64,000 nt of DNA. It comes from the human T2T-CHM13v2.0 reference genome, Homo sapiens. Numbering within the stretch: position 1 is the first letter of the stretch; each line of letters starts with the position of its first letter. The notes beneath the pieces were generated by a model. It had not been told where the DNA came from and did no database searches. It saw only the letters and a list, made by a program, of their open reading frames with translations. This document shows, piece after piece, positions 41,138-54,915 of the stretch. Location: NCBI RefSeq assembly GCF_009914755.1, contig NC_060947.1. One strand, written 5' to 3'. The position numbers and the translations under genes are program-made.

Positions 41138-44100
41138 GGTTTGTTAAATTAACAGTGAAAGCCCCAGTTTTTGAGGAAATTGTATGTATTGCCTATATCT
41201 TGGCAGTCAACTTTACTAATAAGCTGCTATAAAATAAATATGATTCATTAAGAGTGTAAATGGAATCCTAATAAGGAGATAACCCTAAATTTACGATAGT
41301 CAGGCATGTTGTGCAACAGAGAAACTGTATTCTGTAATTGCTAGGGGGAGAGTGCGTGGTTACTGTCGATAGTTGCGTTATTTAGATCATTACATTGCAT
41401 AAGTAATGTATGCCCATATTGATGTAAACGTTATGCAGGTAATGCATATTTATTACAAATAAATTAGAAAATAGAGTAACTGTGTTATTCTGATTTGCTG
41501 AATCTTTTGTTCACATGTAGGCTGAGGTATAAATCAACAGAATAAAAGTGTTTTTATGGCTAAGGTCAGTGAGAGATTCAAACAAACGTATAAGCATATA
41601 AGTGTGCTTATATAAGTATGTATTCATAGTCACACACATATACTCACATGCTAACGTATCAATTGATTTAAAGTTAATTTTATAGGGGGTTGATTTGTCA
41701 CATTATCAAACACTAAAGAATGTATGAGTTTTTAAAATGTCCATGAGTGAAGACCAAATGCCAGCTAACTGAGTGTAACATAGAATATAGGTATATTGAA
41801 AGTATTCATATCAACTTATATTTCATCATAAAGCTGTATTTCATTTTAAGGTTTGAAACTCCAATATCTACTGTGTCAAAGCAGATTGAGTATATAAAGG
41901 AAATGGGTTCAGTGGTAGCTATGACAAATTAAATTTTGCCTGCTTCTGTAAAGTGGAAAGTCCCTATTCAGAACCAGACAATTGTTACTAGAACTAAAAT
42001 GAGGGTCTAGAAAATCTATTCAAATATACACACACGCATTATGCTAAACACAAACGTATCTGTCCTTATCAAGTAAAAATAATGAGCAAACATCTGTGCA
42101 TGAATGTAAGCTCAGTCTACTTTATCAGGGCTATTTCCGATTTTGGCTGATAGATCAGTTTCCTTATTGATATGGCTACAATAGAATCCATTTGAATGAG
42201 ATTTTGTAACCATAAGGAATTGTATTTTGTAAGGTGGGGTCACAAATCCTTTCCTGTTTCAAACTGATTAACACTGATACTGCTCTTTTGTGAAAATTGC
42301 CTGTGTGCAGGACCATATTTGAAAATTTGAACAATAAATAATAAGCATATGTAATAAAAGTAATAGCGATGTGTGTCATATTATATATAGTTTCCGTACT
42401 CCCCTAGTGGGGTGGGTGGATTTTATTTTCAGGGGAACTTCCAACCTTATAAACAATTCACCAATACATTTTCCATCTATGGGGTAAAAATGCAATAGGT
42501 TATAGCCATATAGTTTACGCCAGACCTCTAAGGCATTTGGAATAAAGGTAGAAAAAAAGGGCAACATTTAATATTTGAATAAATATCATAAGGGTGAAGA
42601 AAGGAGAGTCGTGGGTACATATTGAGAGAAAAGTAATTATAAATTGGTATGACTAGAAGAGAATGGCAATGAGCTTTGGCAAATGATCCCCATTATAGTG
42701 TAGTTTAAACGATTGATGTACAAGCCCGAAAAGGCTGGAGAATATCAGATCTGCTGGTTACAGGGTGTATCTGACTACCAGTTTCAGGGTACAGCTGAAA
42801 TAAATCAGTGATCCCAGAAAAGAAGTTTCTTTTTACGTGCAAAACTTCTGAGCAAAGTGATCTCTGCCAGCTGGAGCTGGGGATTCACAGCCTCTATTTT
42901 TCCATCAAAAGAATTAAGTTGACTCCCAGATAGAGAATAACTATATATTTTTTTTCAGATGTAGCCTCCTGAGTACTCAAAACCATCTCCAGGATATGGA
43001 AAATTCACCTTATCCAAACGTATATGGCTAAAATTCCTTTGTAAGGCACTACCTATTTCCCTGTTTCTTGTATTTGATTAGAGATAACTATTGAGAAAAC
43101 ATGGTTTATGAAAGAAATGGGAAAATATTTTCCCGTTTTGATAAGAATGTATTTTTAAAAAACAAATGGAAACCTAAAGACACAAAAAAATATTTGTAAA
43201 GGGGATAATACCCTGAGGGAAGGGAGCCAGAAGTAGAGACTAGAGATATTAAGAAAAACTTTAATGAATTTATATTTTGGCTCAGAGCTCACCTACTAAG
43301 GGAGTAAACAGGCAAAGTCACAAAGGTTTATAATCCTTACACTTGCCATTGGTCGGGGTAGGTGATTAGATGTGAAAAAAAATGATGCTTTATTTATTCT
43401 GGGCATATTAAACTGAACTGGGTGATTTAAATGAACTGTAGGAAATTCAATGCAACAGCTAAAATGAATGACTAAGGAGCTAGAAGATCTTAATCTGTAT
43501 AAAGCTGAAAGAACAAAATATGCACAATTTAGCTCTGTGCTAATGAAAGGAAAGAGATAACACTAAAAATAACTGAATGGTGCAGGCTTCAAGGCAGCAG
43601 AAGAGTTCTGGCACAAATGGATCTATCCAGAAAAAAATGAGACTTAATTACACAAAGGAAAAACTGTTGACTGTGAGGAAAAGTGTCCCAAGATGAAATG
43701 ACTGCTGTTGAATGGGAAACCATCAGAGAGGCAGTGACGAGAGTGTTATCTCGACAACTGAAGCAGCTGAAATGAGACACGTTGCCGGAAAAGCCATTAC
43801 AGACTAAATACCCCCTGGTCCTAAAGAGATAGATGCACATCAACTTAAGGAGAATTGCAGAGCAGGCACACCACTAGAACACGGGGCAGTGAGTCAGGAG
43901 TAGGGTCTTTATCTCAATGCCATTAGGTGTAGTCTTGCTCAACCTAATTTATTTCTGCGGCTTGGATTGCTTTCTGACTATTCTGCTTCAGTGGAATGTC
44001 GTTGTGACCAATTTTGTTGCTACTAAAATACTTAAGTAACAAAATCCACTTCTTGATAAAGATTTAATGTCATCTAATCCCTAAGAGTTAAGGACATTAC

Positions 44101-44286
44101 AAAGATTATCAGTGAATCAATGAATATTGGTAGTCATCATCAAAAAACAATAGGTTGAGAGTTTCAGTAAAACTAATGAAAACCATATATAAGAACATTA
44201 TAAATATGATTACAATAGATGCATCTCTTTTAGAAACAAGGTAATAAACACTGTGCTTCCAAGATGTATTTAAGAATGTTGAAGGA

Positions 44287-44549
44287 AGTGAGGCACACTG
44301 ACTTGTGCCTATAATCCCCCTGGGAGGCTGAGGTGGGAGGGTTACCTGAGGCCAGGAGTTAGAGATCAGCCTGGGCAACAAAGAGAGACCATATCTTTAA
44401 AAGAATTTTGTTTTAGTTAGCCAGGTGAAGTGGCACCCACCTGTAATCCCAGCTATTCAGGAGGATTGCTTGAACCTAGGGGTTCAAGCCTGGGTGACAG
44501 AGAAATACCGCATCTCTAAAAACAATTTTAAATTTAAAAATAGAAAAAA
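44287..44549 (+). mobile_element. Diverged AluJ with right-arm deletions
   Basis: 'gggaggctgaggtgggaggg..gaggccaggagtt..cagcctgggcaaca'; shortened right arm. Confidence 0.85.
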
Positions 44550-44609
44550 GCATGCTACACTGGGCCCCAAGATCTATGCTTGCCTCCAATTTTTCCCCAA
44601 TTTTTATGA

Positions 44610-44970
44610 TTTCCCTTTGTGTAATGTGATATTTGATGCATAAAAGAATATATGTAATGGATATGTAAATTACAAAGCTCAATAATAAAACAAACATATG
44701 TCCATCCCAATAACTGAAATATTAGCAACAACTCACACCTGAACCTATGTGCTCCTACACTAGTTCTTCACTCTTTTGTACCCCTCCCTCCATTTACCCA
44801 GGATTAACTACCATCCAGAATCTGGGGATTGTCATATCATTGCCTTTGATTTCTTTTGTTTGCTCATTTGTTTTGTGTTGGTTTTTTCGATTTATCACAC
44901 ATGCATGTATGCCAAAACAATATTTTCATTAGGTGTTCCTATGCTTGAGCTTTCTGGAGTGTTGTCTAAT
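44610..44970 (-). mobile_element. L1ME 3' end fragment (continues at about 45460-45600)
   Basis: 'ccaggattaactaccatccagaat' and 'ctatataatattccatggtatga'. Confidence 0.6.
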
Positions 44971-44971
44971 A

Positions 44972-45459
<488 letters not shown>

Positions 45460-46099
45460 CATTATGTTTTTATGATTTTCTCATATTCTTACATGTGATC
45501 ATAGTTAATTATTTATACTGCTATATAATATTCCATGGTATGACCATAATACAATTATTTGCTATTATGAACACTGTAGCTACGAATGTCCTTCCCTCCC
45601 TCTCTGGCACTGGAGACACTCAGTGTAAATTGATTTCCTAAATTAATTCTTTAATCCTTTTTGCGCTGAATATAGAAGTCACAAAGTCACACAAACATTA
45701 AAGAATATTTGGAAATAAGAGTAGAGTACAGAAAATGCAAGGAAAAAAAAACAATTCTATCTCTCCCCCTTAGACAACCGGTAATACTAATGTTATGCCT
45801 TTTTCCTCTTGCTGTGAAACTCCTTATCCATTAACAGCTAAGGAAGGATCACTGTCGCCTCACCTTCCTTTTTCATCCTGCCTATTATGAATAATCCATA
45901 AATCTCATTTTAATGATTTCACTAGAAAGCATTAAATGTAAATAATCCGTGGGGGTGGACATAGGAGGTAATATTAGACGAGCAAAAGGAAGAGGCAAGA
46001 TTTAAAAGACCTTATTAAGCTTTTAAAATGTTTTAGCACATGTATTCTGTTCTTAATATTTCACACACACAAAAAAAACTGTCTAGAAACCACAGGTGA

Positions 46100-46419
<320 letters not shown>

Positions 46420-47014
46420 TACTTGTATCTCTTAATCCCATCATAAAGGGGCATATCCTATTACTTTAAAAGCCAACAATTCCCTCTCATTTTCATTCAC
46501 CATGAGTTACTACTACTCCTGAAACCTTCACAAAGTTTCCCAGAAACAGGACAGCCCACTCCTAGCCCATGGGCCTCTTCCCTTCCTCATTTCTTACCCT
46601 TTTCTTCCTCCCTGCTTTTTTTCTTGAAATAAAATTTCCCCAAAAGCTAGTCTGCCACTGCAAGCACATCCTCAGATAACTGGATAAAGGAAGATAATGT
46701 GGCACAGAGGAGTCTGGGGATACTTCTAGCCAAATAGTTTTTGTGCCATAATAATCTTTATGACAGTAGGATCCTGAAATGTTACCTAGAACACTTGTGC
46801 CTAGTCCCAATTTCTGGTGGGATAAAACTGTATATAAGGGAATCATTACAGGTGCTTGCGTCTGAGACACTTCTGGCTATGATTGAGTCTCCTACACATT
46901 ATCAAAAAACGTGTAATGCTTTAATAACAAAAGTAAATGAAAATCCTCAAAGGAGTTAATATGCTAATGTACATAGTCACTTTATAAGAGGGTAGTGTAA
47001 GCAAATTATCCCAC

Positions 47015-47486
47015 ATTAACTCAATCAGAGTCCCGGTAGAAACTGGAGGATTGATTTCTCAATCTCGGGGTATGTGAGGCCAGTTTGCTAAAGGGGTTAT
47101 CAACAGAGATATGCTCAGTGTTAGGAAATTCAAGAAGGGATGACGGAGAGTTAACTGTAGACCTCAAGGGTTAAGAGGAAGGACGTTTCCTGAACTAGAG
47201 AGCCAGACCCAATAGAAATGCAAGAGAGAACTGTCCAGCAGAAGCTCTGGTCTAATGTTAGCTGTTCAGAGCTAACCTGTGGAAATCCCATGGGGCCACA
47301 TGAAAATAAATACTCCACCCTTTTCTTATCCACTGTACTCCTCCTGCTGCAGCCTGTCTCAACTGGAAACTGTAGGGCAAAGGAACTCTGATGCCATTCC
47401 TAAAGGGCAGTCCCCAGGACACAAAGCACAGTGGTAAAGAATGAAAAATGGATTTGAAAGGACAAGAGGGAAAGAATTTATGCACT
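47015..47486 (-). mobile_element. LTR33-like ERVL solo LTR
   Basis: 'agggcaaaggaactctgatg..cccaggacacaaagcacagtgg..tggatttgaaaggacaa'. Confidence 0.65.
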
Positions 47487-47639
47487 AAGCATAACTTTTC
47501 CCTTTCAAGTTAATCTAGTATGTTGAGTTGGTTTGCTCTTTAACTAAACCCCCCTGTTTCCAAAGCCTGAGGATAACATACTACCTACTGAGTTGGTAAA
47601 CAACCTTAAGGCAGCAGTCCTGGAGCCTAGACAGAGACA

Positions 47640-47716
47640 TTGGATGAGTAGACGAATGGAGGTACACGAGGTATACATGGATGGATGCATGGATGGATAG
47701 GTGAATGGATGGATGA
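47640..47716. repeat. Degenerate (GGAT)n
   Basis: Read directly. Confidence 0.75.
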
Positions 47717-47971
47717 AGTCAATCACATTAGTATTTTACAGACACACGTTACACAACCTGTATCTGAACACGATGAGTCTCTCTTCCTCCTTTGATTATG
47801 GAAGTTAAGAGCAAGCACTGAGGTAACCAATATTATATAGATTTCTGGAGTAAAACAGGTACTCATCATGACTATCAACGATTTGAATTTGGGGATGATG
47901 TCAATTATTCAAAGAACCTGAAAAAAGTAGTGAAGTTGCTTATCTGAGGCCCCAGAACTTCCTTCATTTTA

Positions 47972-48134
47972 CTCTGGCTTTCAACGTTGGATACACATTA
48001 AAATTATCTAGGAAACTTTTCAAACTGAGATGCTCGGATTACAGACCACTTAAGTCAGACTCTGTGGAAATAGAACGCAGATATCACTGTTTGTAAACAC
48101 TCCACCAATGTGTAGCAAAATGCGAAAACTACTG
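47972..48134. mobile_element. MER5B-like fossil
   Basis: 'tttcaacgttggatacacattaaaattatctagg..cagaccacttaagtcagactctg'. Confidence 0.55.
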
Positions 48135-49197
48135 ATCTTTCCACTCTCTTTAAGATCTACCATTATGAGCCCCAAAATCATTCTGGTTCTCTTGGTAATT
48201 TACATTTTTTAAAGGAAACTCTAAGATGCCTTGCTGATAATATTATATATGAAAAGGGTTATCGAATTTATCGGGTTTGGGGTTGGGGGAAATAATACTT
48301 ATCAAAGGAGTAAAAATATGAGCAGTTCATAAAATAACCTGTGATAGTCCAGATTACTTGCATATTTTCCCTTGCATTTCAGAGTCCTTATCAGTATTCA
48401 AAGGACTGTAGAGCTTTTAGAAATGCTTCAGTGAGGAACACTTTATACTCTGTCCCTGATAAATGAAAGTGTTTATTTCCTCTCAGATAAGTCAGTAACA
48501 AGCAAGTATTTTCTAGCAACTGGACTATACCCACCTATTCATTTCCCAAGGCTCATTGGGCATCACTAGGAATACAACAGGTTTTAGTTACTACCAACCC
48601 CAGTTACTGTAGAATTAGGCAATTATATAAGAGTTTAAAAAATCAGTAAGGATGTTTTTATTTTAAACTACTTGGATAATTGAAAAGTAGGTAGACAACA
48701 TTTATTTTTTGTCTTTATTTGCCAAACGACTGTATTAGATTTAAAACCAGAAAACAAGCCCCTATGTAGAATATAGATTCTCACCAGTTCATAGATCAAG
48801 TAATAAGACATTTCCTAGGGTGTTTAATTGTTTGATACTAAGAGCAATAAATTATAGGAAAATAATTTGTAATAATTGGTTAAGTAATTAACCACAATTA
48901 AGAAAAGATGATGGAATCCCTGAGGATATCCGACAATACTGACAACATTATAAACTTTAAGAGAAAAAAAATAGTTGTTGCAGAGCAAGAAAAGTCATCA
49001 TGTGCCTAGCACAAATAGAGGTCTAATTATAGGGGATTTTACGTTTTTCATAATGTCTACAATGAGCATATACTACATTTATAATCACGAACAGTCCATT
49101 AGCAGGTATCATATATCTGAGTTGGGAAATACCCTGTCACTTCGCTAATACTTCTTTCTTTTTGTTCTAATAGTGTATTCACCAAATAATCTTCTAA

Positions 49198-49308
49198 ATA
49201 TATATGTGTATATATATATATATTTGAGATATATATGTATATATATTTGAGATATATATGTATATATATGTGTATATACGTGTATATATATATTTGAGAT
49301 ATATATAT
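49198..49308. repeat. (TA)n-derived minisatellite with three 'tatatttgagatatata' cores
   Basis: Read directly. Confidence 0.9.
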
Positions 49309-49309
49309 G

Positions 49310-49700
49310 CAGGAAGAAGTGAGTGACATTCTAAGAAACACTAATGACCAAAAAACCACATAATATCTTTTCTTAGTGGTGTTCCTTCCTTATATTGGCC
49401 AACCACCTTGCAATAAAAAATGATGATGTAGACAGAAAGGAAAAGTTAGAGCTACCTATTCTTTTTCCTTTCCTTTTAGTCCCTCCTTACACGTCAGTAA
49501 GCCAAAGGGCATCTTCTTGATAAACTGTACATTTATGAAGAAAGGAAATAAAAACCATTAAGTTCATTTTATGCAGCATTTCCACTATTCTGGTAAGTAA
49601 AGAAAGCATGTGTGTGGATGATGTATGAAATACAAATTGTGTAATTTCTATGACTCTCCATATAAGTTAAATATTCTCATATATCCATCTAAAAATAGCA
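49310..49700. mobile_element. hAT-Tip100 fossil (MER45B-like)
   Basis: 'gtcagtaagccaaagg', 'gcagcatttccactattctggtaag', 'gaaatacaaattgtgtaatttc'. Confidence 0.55.
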
Positions 49701-49701
49701 C

Positions 49702-51756
49702 TGACTTCAGTAAAGTTTCAGGAAACAAAATCAATATACAAAAATCAGTAACATTTCTACATACCAGTAATTTTCAAGCTAAGCACCAAATCAAGTATGC
49801 AATCCCATTTATAATAGCCATAAAAAATAAAAGAGGTGAATGATCTCTATGAGAAGACTTACAGAACACTACTAAAATAAATCACAGATGACACAAACAA
49901 ATAGAAAAACTTTCCATACTCATGGATTAGAAGAATCAATATCATTAAAATGGCCATACTACCCAAAGCAATCTACGAATTAAATGTTATTCCTATCAAA
50001 CCACTAACATCATTTTTCACAGAACTGGAAAAAAGCTATACTAAAATTCATATAGAACCAAAAAGGAGCCCAAAAGTAATCCTAAGGAAAAAGAACAAAG
50101 CCAGAGGCAGCACATTACCCAACTTCAAACTATACTATAAGGCTACAGCAACCGAATCAGCATGGTATAACGTTTCAGTTACATACAATGAATAAGTTCT
50201 GGAGATCTAATGCACAGCATAGGGACTATAGTCAGTAATACTGTATTGTATACTTGAAATTTGCTGAGAGTAAATTGTAAGTTTTCTTACCACAGACACA
50301 AAATAACTATGTGAAGAGATGGATATGTTAATTAGCTTAACTGTAGTAATCAGTTCACTGCGTATATGCACATCAAAACATCCCATTATACATCTTAAAT
50401 ATAGGCAATTTTTATAACATTTAAATAAGAGCAAAAACAAAAACAAAAACAGCATGGTACTGGCACAAAAACAGACACATAAACCAATGGAACAAAGTAG
50501 AGAACCCAGAAATAAAGCCACACACCTGCAGCCATATGATTTTCAACAAAGTTGACAAAAATAAGCAATGGGAAAGGACTCCCTGTTCAATAAATGGACT
50601 GGCTAGCCATATGTGGAAGAATGAAACTGGATCCCTAATTTTCGACATGTATAAAAATTAACCCAAGATGATTAAAGATTTAAATGTAAGACCTCAAACT
50701 AGAAGAATTGTAGAAGAAAACCTAAGAAACATCATTCTGGACATTGGGGTTAGGAAAGCATTTATGACTAAATCCTCAAAAGCAATTGGAGCAAAACCAA
50801 AAAATTGACAAGCGAGACCTAATTAAACTAAAAAGCTTCTGCACAGCAAAAGAAACTATCAACAGAGTAACAGACAACCTACGGAACGGGAGAAAATCAT
50901 TACAAACTACATATCACACAAAGGTTCAATATCTAGAATTTACAAGGAACTTAAAAAACTGAACAAGCAAAATACAACGCCATCAAAAAACAGGCAAAGG
51001 GCATGAACAGACACCTCTCAAAAGAAGACATACAAGTAGCCTACAAGCATATGAAAAAATGCTGAATAACATTAATTGTCAGAGAAATGCAAATCAAAAC
51101 CACAATGAGATACCATCGCACACCAGTCAGAAAGGCCATTATTAAAAACTCAAAAAACAACAAATGCTGGTGAAGCCGCAGAGAAAAGGGAATGCTTATA
51201 CACTGTTGGTGGGAATGTAAATTAGTTCAGCCACTGTGGAAGGCAGTTTGGAGATTTCCCAAAGAATTTAAGACAGAACTACCATTCAATCCAGCAATCC
51301 CATTACTGAATATATATCCAAAATAAATAAAATTGTTTTAACATAAAGACACATGCATTCACGTGTTCATCACAGCACTATTCACAATAGCAAAGACATG
51401 GAATTAACCTAGATACACATCATTGGTGGACTGGATAAAGAAAATCTAAATATACCCCATGGAATACTATGCAGCCATAAAACAGAATGAAATCATGTCC
51501 TTCGTAGCAACACAGATGCAGCTGTGATGGAGGCCATTATCCTAGGCGAATTCATGCAGCAACGGAACGCCAAATACCACATGTTCTCACTTGTAAGTGG
51601 GAGCTATATATTGGGTACTCATGGACATAAAGGTGAAAACGATAGACACTAGGGATTACTAGAAGGGGAAGGAGGGAGGGGGATAAGGGTTGAAAAACTG
51701 ACTATTGGGTACTATACTCAGTACCTGGGTGACAGGATCATTCGTACCCCAAACCC
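49702..51756 (+). mobile_element. L1PA (about PA14-16), 3' part of ORF2 plus 3' UTR, truncated at both ends
   Basis: ORF 49950-50195 ([26 protein letters not shown]) matches ORF2p; 3' UTR 'ttgggtactatactcagtacctgggtgacaggatcattcgtaccccaaacc'. Confidence 0.93.
50168..50445 (+). mobile_element. L1MA7-9-type 3' end nested in the L1PA
   Basis: 'gaataagttctggagatctaatg..aatactgtattgtatacttgaaatttgct..gatggatatgttaattagctt'; A-rich tail; TSD core cagcatggta. Confidence 0.85.
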
Positions 51757-52271
51757 CTGGAATTCACTTGCATGCTCCCTCCCATAAGGAGTTGAAAACT
51801 GGTCTAGGTAAATGAGGCAACCCTGTCACGAGTCCCGGGAAGGGGTCAGGGAAATAGGCTGCTTCGATATCATACAACTCTCTTTTTAAAAGGTCCTTCC
51901 AATATTTCTTCCAACTTGAAGTCCAGCTTTACAACAAGTTTCTGGACTCTCTTCTTTCCTACTCTGCAGGTTATCAGAAAATAAAACAAACAAAACCGCA
52001 AACTACAAAATAACAAAAACACCCAAGCAATGTGATTAGTTAAGACATTATTAAAGTGTGGGTGTTTCCAGAGACGTTTCCCCTTTACAAACCATCCTAT
52101 TCTCTTACCTTTTGAGAAGGGAGTGTGTGCGTGTCTACGTGTACATAAGAGAGACAGAGAAAGTGAAAGAGAGGGAGATTTGGTAGATAAAGACTCAATA
52201 GACTTAGGAATTTCCTATGTCGTTATTTGAATTTGAGAGATTACTGAGTGTAAGAAAAGATAATCCATTTT

Positions 52272-52642
<371 letters not shown>

Positions 52643-53877
52643 TCATAGGAAAGGAAATATAAGCCCAACACGGTAATAGACTCTGCAATGAAATATATTT
52701 ATGGTGCTATAATAATAGTGTACATACTGTTTATATGTTTTCAATTTTTAGAATAAATCTTTGACAAAACACGAGACCTAATCATAGTTAGAGAACACAG
52801 AAGGAATGCAACTCAACATAAAATTAAAAGTAGACTTTACAGAATTTGGGAGAAGAAATTCAGTAGGAGAAGTGAAGAAACATGGAGGACCACTAAAATC
52901 CCCATTTTATCATGTGAAGGGTTAAGACATACTTTTGACACTGTTTTGAAGAAAAAAATTAACATTTAAGGTCTTCATGTAAAAGAAAAATTAGTTAATA
53001 GAACAAATACATGGGGTAGATATAAATGAGATAATTTTTCATCTCTCATAAGAGAGACTGTAGACCATGAAAAAATGAGAAAATCAAGAATTAGAGATAT
53101 AAACATGTTATTACAGATTTGTCACGCATTAGAAAAAGAGAATGACTCAAATATCTGCCTCTGAGGAGTGAGAAATGAGAGAGGAATGCAGCATATTTAA
53201 ATAAAAGAACTTATGAAGTAAAAATTACTTGAATCATGTACAGATAATTTGATTAAAAATTGAAAACATTGATTCAAACAAATTTATATTCATTAATAAG
53301 CATTGTACACTTTTTAAAATTCCAATAAGAAAAAATGAGAGACTTAAAATTAGGTAGGAATGCATTTCCCAGAGGTTAAAAATTTATATTTTAATATATA
53401 TGCATATATAAGCGGGATCATAATACAGCATTATATGTATACATACTGTGTATTACAGTCTGCTTTATTTTTTCATGTATGTATTTGGATTACCTTTAAT
53501 ATCAATGCAATCACCTGTAAAATTTTATTTTAAATTTCCCTTCTTTAGAGATATATCATTTTTTAGTAGCCTCCTACTGATGAATACTGGTGTTGTTTCC
53601 ATTTTTCACTGTAATAACAATTAAACAATAAATATAGGTACAACTCAGTCTTTGCACATAGATGTAAGCATTTCTTCGATAATTTCCCTGGAAATGCAAT
53701 TGCTTAGTCAAGTGTAAGCACGCTTTCTCTTGATTGGTATTGCAAACTGCTCTCATGAAATAAATTGATTCAGTCTTCTGTCAGAAGCATACAAAGTATA
53801 CAAGGAAAAGTTATTTTTATTTTCATTATTTGGTTACAAATGAGATCGAACATTTTTTCATATACCTTTGGATGTGT

Positions 53878-54170
53878 TTTATTTTCTTTTTGTCCAAATA
53901 TATGGGGTACATGTGTAATTTTGTTACATGCATAGATTGTGTAGTGGTCAAGTTAGGGCTTTTAGAGCGTCCCTCACCCAAATATATCATACACATTAAT
54001 TTCTCATTATCCACTCCACTCCAACCCCCTCACCCTACTAAGTTTCCATTGTCTATCATTCCACTCTCTGTGTACATGTGTACACATTTTTTAGCACACA
54101 ATTATGGGTGAACATGCAATATTTGACTTTCTGTGTCTGGTTCATTTCACTTAAAATAATGACCTCCAGG
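53878..54170 (-). mobile_element. L1PB/L1MA1-2-type 3' end
   Basis: 'ggggtacatgtgtaattttgttacatgcatagattgtgtagtggtcaagttagggctttta'. Confidence 0.85.
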
Positions 54171-54558
54171 TCTAACACTTTCTTCCTGTATGCTTAAAAT
54201 TAGGCAATGCATTTATTTTTCTGAATTGATTTGTAAGATTCAATTTCAGTTTACTGGTTTTTAATGTACAGATTTTAAAAATTATCTATGTGTTTTCCAT
54301 TTTAAATTTTGGGTTTTTAAAATCATTTCTACATAGTTCTCTACCATCGCCTCATTGTAGAAATATTCACCTATCGTTCTTCCTGTTCTTTGGGCTTCTT
54401 AAGCTTAATTATGATTGAATATTTGTTCAAGGTGAAATTTAATTCACTGCATTGTGTAAAGCAGGGTTTTGCCTTTTAACATGATTATCAAAACCATTTC
54501 TTTCATAGTCCATCTCTATCCACTGATTTGAAATTCCATTTTTATTATATACACTTGA

Positions 54559-54915
<357 letters not shown>

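Noticed and set aside
49625-50648. ORFs with L1 ORF2p similarity (also 36001-36225 and 39789-39986)
   Set aside because: They are short, interrupted remnants of dead L1 copies, with no intact reverse transcriptase
51760-51775. EcoRI and SphI sites (gaattcacttgcatgc) at the L1 breakpoint, reminiscent of a pUC polylinker
   Set aside because: The match is too short and the intervening polylinker sites are absent; chance is more likely
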